Assembly: GCA_950097015.1 (NCBI GenBank)
Contig: CATNEN010000038.1
Coordinates: 29,326,001-29,390,000 of the forward strand
Source of the DNA: Macrostomum hystrix
Lineage: Eukaryota; Animalia; Platyhelminthes
Direction of reading: 5' to 3'
Length of the DNA stretch: 64,000 bases
Positions 1 through 12,700 of this stretch are shown here, in pieces. Each line of letters starts with the position of its first letter. Within the stretch, counting starts at the first letter, position 1. Below the pieces are notes generated by a model. That model did no database searches and had not been told where the DNA came from. It saw nothing but the letters and a program-made list of their open reading frames with translations. The position numbers and the translations under genes are program-made.

Positions 1-3000
1 GAATCGCAGCTAAGAACCAAACAAGAATCGCAGCTAAGAACCAACCTAGAATCGCAGCTAAGAACCAAACTAGAATCGCAGCTAAGAACCAGACAAGAAT
101 CGAAGCTAAGAACCAAACTAGAATCGCAGCTAAGAACCAAACAAGAATCGCAGCTAAGAACCAAACTAGAATCGCAGCTAAGAACCAAACTAGAATCGCA
201 GCTAAGAACCAAACTAGAATCGCAGCTAAGAACCAAACTAGAATCGCAGCTAAGAACCAAACTAGAATCGCAGCTAAGAACCAAACAAGAATCGTAGCTA
301 AGAACCAAACAAGAATCGCAGCTAAGAACCAAACAAGAATCGCAGCTAAGAACCAAACAAGAATCGCAGCTAAGAACCAAACTAGAATCGCAGCTAAGAA
401 CCAAACTAGAATCGCAGCTAAGAACCAAACAAGAATCGCAGCTAAGAACCAAACTAGAATCGCAGCTAAGAACCAAACTAGAATCGCAGCTAAGAACCAA
501 ACAAGAATCGCAGCTAAGAACCAAACAAGAATCGCAGCTAAGAACCAAACAAGAATCGCAGCTAAGAACCAAACAAGAATCGCAGCTAAGAACCAAACTA
601 GAATCGCAGCTAAGAACCAAACAAGAATCGCAGCTAAGAACCAAACTAGAATCGCAGCTAAGAACCAAACTAGAATCGCAGCTAAGAACCAGACAAGAAT
701 CGAAGCTAAGAACCAAACTAGAATCGCAGCTAAGAACCAAACAAGAATCGCAGCTAAGAACCAAACAAGAATCGCAGCTAAGAACCAAACTAGAATCGCA
801 GCTAAGAACCAAACTAGAATCGCAGCTAAGAACCAAACAAGAATCGCAGCTAAGAACCAAACTAGAATCGCAGCTAAGAACCAAACTAGAATCGCAGCTA
901 AGAACCAAACTAGAATCGCAGCTAAGAACCAAACTAGAATCGCAGCTAAGAACCAGACAAGAATCGAAGCTAAGAACCAAACTAGAATCGCAGCTAAGAA
1001 CCAAACTAGAATCGCAGCTAAGAACCAAACTAGAATCGCAGCTAAGAACCAGACAAGAATCGAAGCTAAGAACCAAACTAGAATCGCAGCTAAGAACCAA
1101 ACTAGAATCGCAGCTAAGAACCAAACTAGAATCGCAGCTAAGAACCAAACTAGAATCGCAGCTAAGAACCAAACTAGAATCGCAGCTAAGAACCAAACTA
1201 GAATCGCAGCTAAGAACCAAACTAGAATCGCAGCTAAGAACCAAACTAGAATCGCAGCTAAGAACCAAACTAGAATCGCAGCTAAGAACCAAACTAGAAT
1301 CGCAGCTAAGAACCAAACAAGAATCGCAGCTAAGAACCAAACTAGAATCGAAGCTAAGAACCAAACAAGAATCGCAGCTAAGAACCAAACTAGAATCGCA
1401 GCTAAGAACCAAACTAGAATCGCAGCTAAGAACCAAACTAGAATCGCAGCTAAGAACCAAACAAGAATCGAAGCTAAGAACCAAACAAGAATCGTAGCTA
1501 AGAACCAAACTAGAATCGCAGCTAAGAACCAAACAAGAATCGCAGCTAAGAACCAAACTAGAATCGCAGCTAAGAACCAAACAAGAATCGCAGCTAAGAA
1601 CCAAACTAGAATCGCAGCTAAGAACCAAACTAGAATCGCAGCTAAGAACCAAACTAGAATCGTAGCTAAGAACCAGACAAGAATCGAAGCTAAGAACCAA
1701 ACTAGAATCGCAGCTAAGAACCAAACTAGAATCGCAGCTAAGAACCAAACTAGAATCGCAGCTAAGAACCAAACTAGAATCGCAGCTAAGAACCAAACAA
1801 GAATCGCAGCTAAGAACCAAACAAGAATCGCAGCTAAGAACCAAACTAGAATCGCAGCTAAGAACCAGACAAGAATCGAAGCTAAGAACCAAACTAGAAT
1901 CGCAGCTAAGAACCAAACAAGAATCGCAGCTAAGAACCAGACAAGAATCGAAGCTAAGAACCAAACTAGAATCGCAGCTAAGAACCAAACTAGAATCGCA
2001 GCTAAGAACCAGACAAGAATCGAAGCTAAGAACCAAACTAGAATCGCAGCTAAGAACCAAACTAGAATCGCAGCTAAGAACCAAACTAGAATCGCAGCTA
2101 AGAACCAAACTAGAATCGCAGCTAAGAACCAAACTAGAATCGCAGCTAAGAACCAAACTAGAATCGCAGCTAAGAACCAAACAAGAATCGCAGCTAAGAA
2201 CCAAACTAGAATCGCAGCTAAGAACCAAACAAGAATCGCAGCTAAGAACCAAACTAGAATCGCAGCTAAGAACCAAACTAGAATCGCAGCTAAGAACCAA
2301 ACTAGAATCGCAGCTAAGAACCAAACAAGAATCGAAGCTAAGAACCAAACTAGAATCGTAGCTAAGAACCAAACTAGAATCGCAGCTAAGAACCAAACTA
2401 GAATCGCAGCTAAGAACCAAACTAGAATCGCAGCTAAGAACCAAACTAGAATCGCAGCTAAGAACCAAACAAGAATCGTAGCTAAGAACCAAACAAGAAT
2501 CGCAGCTAAGAACCAAACTAGAATCGCAGCTAAGAACCAAACTAGAATCGCAGCTAAGAACCAAACTAGAATCGCAGCTAAGAACCAAACAAGAATCGAA
2601 GCTAAGAACCAAACAAGAATCGTAGCTAAGAACCAAACTAGAATCGCAGCTAAGAACCAAACAAGAATCGCAGCTAAGAACCAAACTAGAATCGCAGCTA
2701 AGAACCAAACTAGAATCGCAGCTAAGAACCAAACTAGAATCGCAGCTAAGAACCAAACAAGAATCGCAGCTAAGAACCAAACTAGAATCGCAGCTAAGAA
2801 CCAAACTAGAATCGCAGCTAAGAACCGAACTAGAATCGCAGCTAAGAACCAAACTAGAATCGTAGCTAAGAACTAAACTAGAATCGCAGCTAAGAACCAA
2901 ACAAGAATCGCAGCTAAGAACCAAACTAGAATCGCAGCTAAGAACCAAACTAGAATCGCAGCTAAGAACCAAACTAGAATCGCAGCTAAGAACCAAACTA

Positions 3001-6000
3001 GAATCGCAGCTAAGAACCAAACAAGAATCGCAGCTAAGAACCAAACTAGAATCGCAGCTAAGAACCAGACAAGAATCGAAGCTAAGAACCAAACTAGAAT
3101 CGCAGCTAAGAACCAAACAAGAATCGCAGCTAAGAACCAGACAAGAATCGAAGCTAAGAACCAAACTAGAATCGCAGCTAAGAACCAAACTAGAATCGCA
3201 GCTAAGAACCAGACAAGAATCGAAGCTAAGAACCAAACTAGAATCGCAGCTAAGAACCAAACTAGAATCGCAGCTAAGAACCAAACTAGAATCGCAGCTA
3301 AGAACCAAACTAGAATCGCAGCTAAGAACCAAACTAGAATCGCAGCTAAGAACCAAACTAGAATCGCAGCTAAGAACCAAACAAGAATCGCAGCTAAGAA
3401 CCAAACTAGAATCGCAGCTAAGAACCAAACAAGAATCGCAGCTAAGAACCAAACTAGAATCGCAGCTAAGAACCAAACTAGAATCGCAGCTAAGAACCAA
3501 ACTAGAATCGCAGCTAAGAACCAAACAAGAATCGAAGCTAAGAACCAAACTAGAATCGTAGCTAAGAACCAAACTAGAATCGCAGCTAAGAACCAAACTA
3601 GAATCGCAGCTAAGAACCAAACTAGAATCGCAGCTAAGAACCAAACTAGAATCGCAGCTAAGAACCAAACAAGAATCGTAGCTAAGAACCAAACAAGAAT
3701 CGCAGCTAAGAACCAAACTAGAATCGCAGCTAAGAACCAAACTAGAATCGCAGCTAAGAACCAAACTAGAATCGCAGCTAAGAACCAAACAAGAATCGAA
3801 GCTAAGAACCAAACAAGAATCGTAGCTAAGAACCAAACTAGAATCGCAGCTAAGAACCAAACAAGAATCGCAGCTAAGAACCAAACTAGAATCGCAGCTA
3901 AGAACCAAACAAGAATCGCAGCTAAGAACCAAACTAGAATCGCAGCTAAGAACCAAACTAGAATCGCAGCTAAGAACCAAACTAGAATCGTAGCTAAGAA
4001 CCAGACAAGAATCGAAGCTAAGAACCAAACTAGAATCGCAGCTAAGAACCAAACTAGAATCGCAGCTAAGAACCAAACTAGAATCGCAGCTAAGAACCAA
4101 ACTAGAATCGCAGCTAAGAACCAAACAAGAATCGCAGCTAAGAACCAAACAAGAATCGCAGCTAAGAACCAAACTAGAATCGCAGCTAAGAACCAGACAA
4201 GAATCGAAGCTAAGAACCAAACTAGAATCGCAGCTAAGAACCAAACAAGAATCGCAGCTAAGAACCAGACAAGAATCGCAGCTAAGAACCAAACTAGAAT
4301 CGCAGCTAAGAACCAAACTAGAATCGCAGCTAAGAACCAAACTAGAATCGCAGCTAAGAACCAAACTAGAATCGCAGCTAAGAACCAAACTAGAATCGCA
4401 GCTAAGAACCAAACTAGAATCGCAGCTAAGAACCAAACTAGAATCGCAGCTAAGAACCAGACAAGAATCGAAGCTAAGAACCAAACTAGAATCGCAGCTA
4501 AGAACCAAACAAGAATCGCAGCTAAGAACCAGACAAGAATCGAAGCTAAGAACCAAACTAGAATCGCAGCTAAGAACCAAACTAGAATCGCAGCTAAGAA
4601 CCAGACAAGAATCGAAGCTAAGAACCAAACTAGAATCGCAGCTAAGAACCAAACTAGAATCGCAGCTAAGAACCAAACTAGAATCGCAGCTAAGAACCAA
4701 ACTAGAATCGCAGCTAAGAACCAAACTAGAATCGCAGCTAAGAACCAAACTAGAATCGCAGCTAAGAACCAAACAAGAATCGCAGCTAAGAACCAAACTA
4801 GAATCGCAGCTAAGAACCAAACAAGAATCGCAGCTAAGAACCAAACTAGAATCGCAGCTAAGAACCAAACTAGAATCGCAGCTAAGAACCAAACTAGAAT
4901 CGCAGCTAAGAACCAAACAAGAATCGAAGCTAAGAACCAAACTAGAATCGTAGCTAAGAACCAAACTAGAATCGCAGCTAAGAACCAAACTAGAATCGCA
5001 GCTAAGAACCAAACTAGAATCGCAGCTAAGAACCAAACTAGAATCGCAGCTAAGAACCAAACAAGAATCGTAGCTAAGAACCAAACAAGAATCGCAGCTA
5101 AGAACCAAACTAGAATCGCAGCTAAGAACCAAACTAGAATCGCAGCTAAGAACCAAACTAGAATCGCAGCTAAGAACCAAACAAGAATCGAAGCTAAGAA
5201 CCAAACAAGAATCGTAGCTAAGAACCAAACTAGAATCGCAGCTAAGAACCAAACAAGAATCGCAGCTAAGAACCAAACTAGAATCGCAGCTAAGAACCAA
5301 ACAAGAATCGCAGCTAAGAACCAAACTAGAATCGCAGCTAAGAACCAAACTAGAATCGCAGCTAAGAACCAAACTAGAATCGTAGCTAAGAACCAGACAA
5401 GAATCGAAGCTAAGAACCAAACTAGAATCGCAGCTAAGAACCAAACTAGAATCGCAGCTAAGAACCAAACTAGAATCGCATCTAAGAACCAAACTAGAAT
5501 CGCAGCTAAGAACCAAACTAGAATCGCAGCTAAGAACCAAACTAGAATCGCAGCTAAGAACCAAACTAGAATCGCAGCTAAGAACCAAACTAGAATCGCA
5601 GCTAAGAACCAAACTAGAATCGCAGCTAAGAACCAAACTAGAATCGCAGCTAAGAACCAAACTAGAATCGCAGCTAAGAACCAAACAAGAATCGCAGCTA
5701 AGAACCAAACTAGAATCGCAGCTAAGAACCAAACAAGAATCGCAGCTAAGAACCAAACTAGAATCGCAGCTAAGAACCAAACAAGAATCGCAGCTAAGAA
5801 CCAAACTAGAATCGCAGCTAAGAACCAAACTAGAATCGCAGCTAAGAACCAAACTAGAATCGCAGCTAAGAACCAAACAAGAATCGCAGCTAAGAACCAA
5901 ACTAGAATCGCAGCTAAGAACCAAACTAGAATCGCAGCTAAGAACCGAACTAGAATCGCAGCTAAGAACCAAACTAGAATCGTAGCTAAGAACTAAACTA

Positions 6001-9000
6001 GAATCGCAGCTAAGAACCAAACAAGAATCGCAGCTAAGAACCAAACTAGAATCGCAGCTAAGAACCAAACTAGAATCGCAGCTAAGAACCAAACTAGAAT
6101 CGCAGCTAAGAACCAAACTAGAATCGCAGCTAAGAACCAAACAAGAATCGCAGCTAAGAACCAAACTAGAATCGCAGCTAAGAACCAAACAAGAATCGCA
6201 GCTAAGAACCAAACTAGAATCGCAGCTAAGAACCAAACTAGAATCGCAGCTAAGAACCAAACTAGAATCGCAGCTAAGAACCAAACAAGAATCAAAGCTA
6301 AGAACCAAACTAGAATCGAAGCTAAGAACCAAACTAGAATCGCAGCTAAGAACCAAACAAGAATCGCAGCTAAGAACCAAACTAGAATCGCAGCTAAGAA
6401 CCAAACAAGAATCGCAGCTAAGAACCAAACTAGAATCGCAGCTAAGAACCAAACTAGAATCGCAGCTAAGAACCAAACTAGAATCGTAGCTAAGAACCAG
6501 ACAAGAATCGAAGCTAAGAACCAAACTAGAATCGCAGCTAAGAACCAAACTAGAATCGCAGCTAAGAACCAAACTAGAATCGCAGCTAAGAACCAAACAA
6601 GAATCGCAGCTAAGAACCAAACATGAATCGCAGCTAAGAACCAAACAAGAATCGCAGCTAAGAACCAAACTAGAATCGCAGCTAAGAACCAGACAAGAAT
6701 CGAAGCTAAGAACCAAACTAGAATCGCAGCTAAGAACCAAACAAGAATCGCAGCTAAGAACCAGACAAGAATCGAAGCTAAGAACCAAACTAGAATCGCA
6801 GCTAAGAACCAAACTAGAATCGCAGCTAAGAACCAAACTAGAATCGCAGCTAAGAACCAAACTAGAATCGCAGCTAAGAACCAAACTAGAATCGCAGCTA
6901 AGAACCAAACTAGAATCGCAGCTAAGAACCAAACTAGAATCGCAGCTAAGAACCAAACTAGAATCGCAGCTAAGAACCAAACTAGAATCGCAGCTAAGAA
7001 CCAAACTAGAATCGCAGCTAAGAACCAAACAAGAATCGCAGCTAAGAACCAAACTAGAATCGCAGCTAAGAACCAAACAAGAATCGCAGCTAAGAACCAA
7101 ACTAGAATCGCAGCTAAGAACCAAACTAGAATCGCAGCTAAGAACCAAACTAGAATCGCAGCTAAGAACCAAACAAGAATCAAAGCTAAGAACCAAACTA
7201 GAATCGTAGCTAAGAACCAAACTAGAATCGCAGCTAAGAACCAAACAAGAATCGCAGCTAAGAACCAAACTAGAATCGCAGCTAAGAACCAAACAAGAAT
7301 CGCAGCTAAGAACCAAACTAGAATCGCAGCTAAGAACCAAACTAGAATCGCAGCTAAGAACCAAACTAGAATCGTAGCTAAGAACCAGACAAGAATCGAA
7401 GCTAAGAACCAAACTAGAATCGCAGCTAAGAACCAAACTAGAATCGCAGCTAAGAACCAAACTAGAATCGCAGCTAAGAACCAAACAAGAATCGCAGCTA
7501 AGAACCAAACAAGAATCGCAGCTAAGAACCAAACTAGAATCGCAGCTAAGAACCAAACAAGAATCGCAGCTAAGAACCAAACTAGAATCGCAGCTAAGAA
7601 CCAAACTAGAATCGCAGCTAAGAACCAAACTAGAATCGCAGCTAAGAACCAAACAAGAATCGCAGCTAAGAACCAAACTAGAATCGCAGCTAAGAACCAA
7701 ACTAGAATCGCAGCTAAGAACCGAACTAGAATCGCAGCTAAGAACCAAACTAGAATCGTAGCTAAGAACTAAACTAGAATCGCAGCTAAGAACCAAACTA
7801 GAATCGCAGCTAAGAACCAAACTAGAATCGCAGCTAAGAACCAAACTAGAATCGCAGCTAAGAACCAAACTAGAATCGCAGCTAAGAACCAAACTAGAAT
7901 CGCAGCTAAGAACCAAACTAGAATCGCAGCTAAGAACCAAACTAGAATCGTAGCTAAGAACCAGACAAGAATCGAAGCTAAGAACCAAACTAGAATCGCA
8001 GCTAAGAACCAAACTAGAATCGCAGCTAAGAACCAAACTAGAATCGCAGCTAAGAACCAAACAAGAATCGCAGCTAAGAACCAAACTAGAATCGCAGCTA
8101 AGAACCAAACTAGAATCGCAGCTAAGAACCAAACAAGAATCGCAGCTAAGAACCAAACTAGAATCGCAGCTAAGAACCAAACTAGAATCGCAGCTAAGAA
8201 CCAAACTAGAATCGCAGCTAAGAACCAAACTAGAATCGCAGCTAAGAACCAAACAAGAATCGAAGCTAAGAACCAAACTAGAATCGCAGCTAAGAACCGA
8301 ACTAGAATCGCAGCTAAGAACCAAACTAGAATCGTAGCTAAGAACCAAACTAGAATCGCAGCTAAGAACCAAACAAGAATCGCAGCTAAGAACCAAACTA
8401 GAATCGCAGCTAAGAACCAAACTAGAATCGCAGCTAAGAACCGAACTAGAATCGCAGCTAAGAACCAAACTAGAATCGCAGCTAAGAACCAAACAAGAAT
8501 CGCAGCTAAGAACCAAACTAGAATCGCAGCTAAGAACCAAACAAGAATCGCAGCTAAGAACCAAACAAGAATCGAAGCTAAGAACCAAACTAGAATCGCA
8601 GCTAAGAACCAAACTAGAATCGCAGCTAAGAACCAAACAAGAATCGCAGCTAAGAACCAAACTAGAATCGCAGCTAAGAACCAAACTAGAATCGCAGCTA
8701 AGAACCAAACAAGAATCGCAGCTAAGAACCAAACAAGAATCGCAGCTAAGAACCAAACTAGAATCGCAGCTAAGAACCAAACAAGAATCGCAGCTAAGAA
8801 CCAAACTAGAATCGCAGCTAAGAACCAAACAAGAATCGCAGCTAAGAACCAAACTAGAATCGCAGCTAAGAACCAAACTAGAATCGCAGCTAAGAACCAA
8901 ACTAGAATCGCAGCTAAGAACCAAACTAGAATCGCAGCTAAGAACCAAACTAGAATCGCAGCTAAGAACCAAACTAGAATCGCAGCTAAGAACCAAACAA

Positions 9001-9792
9001 GAATCGCAGCTAAGAACCAAACAAGAATCGCAGCTAAGAACCAAACTAGAATCGCAGCTAAGAACCAAACAAGAATCGCAGCTAAGAACCAAACAAGAAT
9101 CGCAGCTAAGAACCAAACTAGAATCGCAGCTAAGAACCAAACTAGAATCGCAGCTAAGAACCAAACTAGAATCACAGCTAAGAACCAGACAAGAATCGAA
9201 GCTAAGAACCAAACTAGAATCGCAGCTAAAAACCAAACTAGAATCGCAGCTAAGAACCAAACTAGAATCGCAGCTAAGAACCGAACTAGAATCGCAGCTA
9301 AGAACCAAACTAGAATCGCAGCTAAGAACCAAACAAGAATCGCAGCTAAGAACCAAACTAGAATCGCAGCTAAGAACCAAACTAGAATCGCAGCTAAGAA
9401 CCAAACTAGAATCGCAGCTAAGAACCAAACAAGAATCGCAGCTAAGAACCAAACTAGAATCGCAGCTAAGAACCAAACTAGAATCGCAGCTAAGAACCAA
9501 ACAAGAATCGCAGCTAAGAACCGAACTAGAATCGCAGCTAAGAACCAAACTAGAATCGCAGCTAAGAACCAAACTAGAATCGCAGCTAAAAACCAAACTA
9601 GAATCGCAGCTAAGAACCAAACTAGAATCGCAGCTAAGAACCGAACTAGAATCGCAGCTAAGAACCAAACTAGAATCGCAGCTAAGAACCAAACTAGAAT
9701 CGCAGCTAAGAACCAAACAAGAATCGCAGCTAAGAACCAAACTAGAATCGCAGCTAAGAACCAAACAAGAATCGCAGCTAAGAACCAAACAA
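1..9792. repeat. 24-bp tandem satellite (GAATCGCAGCTAAGAACCAAACTA), about 408 units, truncated by the window start; intronic to the MFS gene
   Basis: Perfect 24-bp period with few variants (CTA/CAA, CAG/AAG/TAG, CCAGAC). It ends at ...AAACAA, followed by CTTTCAG (acceptor AG at 9798-9799). Confidence 0.98.
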
Positions 9793-9799
9793 CTTTCAG

Positions 9800-12700
9800 G
9801 AGGTTTAGCGCCGTACATCGTGTCGCGGCTTCTAGCAGTTTCTGGCACGCACAATGGCACTTCCGGTGGCGGTAGCGCAATTGGTGTTCCAGTTTCAGTT
9901 GCGCAGGCGGGTCTGAACACCGGTACTGTAGTCTGGGTGTTCGTCGTGGCGGCGTTGTTCCAAGGCATCGGCATGCTTGCCAGTGGTTTCCTGACGGCCA
10001 GACTGCCATTCGATAGGCGATGGAGTATTATCTGCGGCTGCCTCATTAGCAGGTGAAGCTTTTCGTAGACCTTTAGTATGCATGACTTGACCAACGGAAC
10101 TGAAGGACATGCTTGGCGCATTAAAGTATAGACATTAAAAAAATGTAGCCTAATGGTTACAGTGTCTCACTCACGACTAGAATAATCGGTCGAAATCGGT
10201 CGGGGTTTCGATTCTCGGCTTCACTTGAGGGAACAATTATAGTGTCCCTTAGCGCGACACTTATCTGAGCACTGGTGCGGTTAAACCAGCTGTTAAATAA
10301 TTACCAGCATTTATAGATACGGGTAATTGAGGGCGGGATTTAACATCTATCCTTAACAGTAAAGTAGTCTTGGATTTCTACAATGAAGGCTAATATAATA
10401 AGAATATTAAATAAAAAAATATTTTCATGTTCTCAACCTACAGTCTAGGCATCTGTCTAACAGGCCTGACAGTCTCTGTGTCCATCGGCCTCGTCATCCT
10501 CACTGGCGGCTCCATCTTCGGCTTCGGCCAGGGTCTGGCCTATGCGCTGATTTTGGAGAGTGTCACCTCGGTAGGCTTGTTGTTTATGTGAATTAAATCG
10601 CGTCAAACGATTGGGGTCTAATGGAGAGGTCACTTCAGTTAATGCTGCTGCCAAACAAAAACGACCAGGAAAATATACGCAAACTACGTTTCTTAGAAAA
10701 GGTTTTAGAGGCAAGTTTTTTGCCGACTAATTCACAACGGAGATAGAAAAATTTCACTTTCTTTCTATCAAATCGAAGACTATTCGATCTGCATCCAAAA
10801 AATATCACAATTGTAAATTTTAATCTAACAATTTAAACTGTCCATATTGTCGTTTTTCTGCGAAAACCGCCCTTCTAAACGTTTTCTAAGAACCGTAGAT
10901 TCCCGTCTTTCGGACTTCATTAGCACCAATGGTGCCTGTATTGGTGGTTTTGCCACCTGGAAGATGTTTAATCACATACAGTAGTAGGCGGCATGTAAAT
11001 GTAACTCTAATGTCAACTCAGTGGACAGAAACGCGCAAAGGCTTAGTGACCGGGGTCCTAGTGAGCAGCTTCGCCGCCGGAGCAATTATCTTCCTGCCAA
11101 TCCAATCGAAGATCATTAATCCGGACAATCTGACACCAAACTGGAAGGTTGGCACAGATCGATTGTTTTCTCAGGTGATTCGAAATTTCCAGTCCTGTGA
11201 TTTGCAGTGCTTTTATTCGGCAAATAGTGTTGTTGTGTTTAAGTTCGGGAATTCTCAAATTTCAGTATGAAGTTACTAGCCGAACGCCGCAGTCATTCTT
11301 CATCATGTCGGCTGTATACGCCTCTGTGCAGCTGTTATGTGTCTGTCTCGTCCAAAGGCGACCAGATCGCACCGCAGTTGCCGGGCAGGTTGGAGAGGCG
11401 ACATTGCTGATGAGCGTCACCGACCAAGCGTCGCCAGAGACAGACAAAACCGCGCCAGCATCAACAACGTCATCATCGTCATCATCGTCAACGTCTTTGC
11501 CAAACTCGGACATTTCAGAATGGACGCTGGCAGCTGCGGTGAATTCGTTGCCGTTTCTGGTGATGGGGCTGAGCATATTCTTTCTGACGCCCGCTAGCAT
11601 CGTCCTGCCATCGTTGGACAAGGTACAGACCAAGCCAGCGGTGCCGTTATTTAACTAATTTTGTTAGAGCTTCGGATTTTTGACTGAGAGGTTTGGAGCT
11701 CTTATCTCAGCCAAAGGATAACCATCCTTAATCAAGACACTTCATTGCCTAGTGCGGAGTCCGTCACGATAAGAAACAGACTAAAAATGAAACACCTTTG
11801 TCTGTACCCAAAAGGCACAAGCTTAATGCAAAGAAGTAAGAGTTTGTCTTTTCTCATCAATAATTTGGCCAGATGTGCAGCCGACAGTACAGCCGCAGCT
11901 ATTGCGTGGCTGGTCAGTCCACGGACTGGGGGGGGGACGCCACACCCACCCTCAATTACCCAAGCTACTATTCGTAACCATTTAACAGCTGGGTGAGCTG
12001 AAGCAAAGAACTCCCGACCTTTAAGTCGTCGTAAGTCCGGCCCTCTAACCACTTAGCTACGACCCTTGTCTCACGTACAAGTTGATGTCTCACTTATACT
12101 CTTGGATCTTCGGAATTTTCTCATGGCATGATTTCTCCTTTTTTTAAGTGCATCCACTTACTATTTTGCAGGCCTACGGTGAAACTTTTATCTCAAACGA
12201 CATGCTGCTGTCTGTGATGGCTGGAATCGGAGGCGGTTTTAACGCCCTGGGTCGCCTAGTCGCCGGTTTTGTCATCGATCGCGTGCATTTTAGGGTGAAT
12301 TAATCAATGCCTGTTTCACCGTTTTGTTGTACTATTCTATCTTATATATCTGAAGTGCTTAAGCTCACCCAGACTTTCTCTAAGGGGGGTCGCTTCTAGG
12401 GACGCCACTACTAGGGGGCGCCACTAATAGGGGGCGCCACTACTACTGGGGGGCCACATAGTTTCTTTAGCCAATAGGGCGGGACCGCGGCCCCCCCCCC
12501 TGGCCCCGCCTAGCTACGCCCCTTCCCAACAGAGTTAAATTGAAGTCCTGTCTACCTATCTTATTTACAATAACATGCCTACCCTGTCTCAAAAAAACTA
12601 AAGGTGTGCGTCCTAGTCCAGGGTCTGCTGCTGACGGCCTTGCACGCTGTGACGCCATTGTCGGCGCTGACCCATCCGGCTGTGTACTTCCTGCTAGTCT

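Noticed and set aside
5993-10009. Long minus-strand ORFs encoding (LAAILVWF)n
   Set aside because: A consequence of a 24-bp unit lacking a stop in that frame; antisense to the MFS intron and broken by point variants.
8338-10056. Plus-strand (ESQLRTKL)n frame is open and in frame with the MFS exon
   Set aside because: No ATG, TAG variants upstream, a good acceptor at 9799, and a one-in-three chance of frame agreement.
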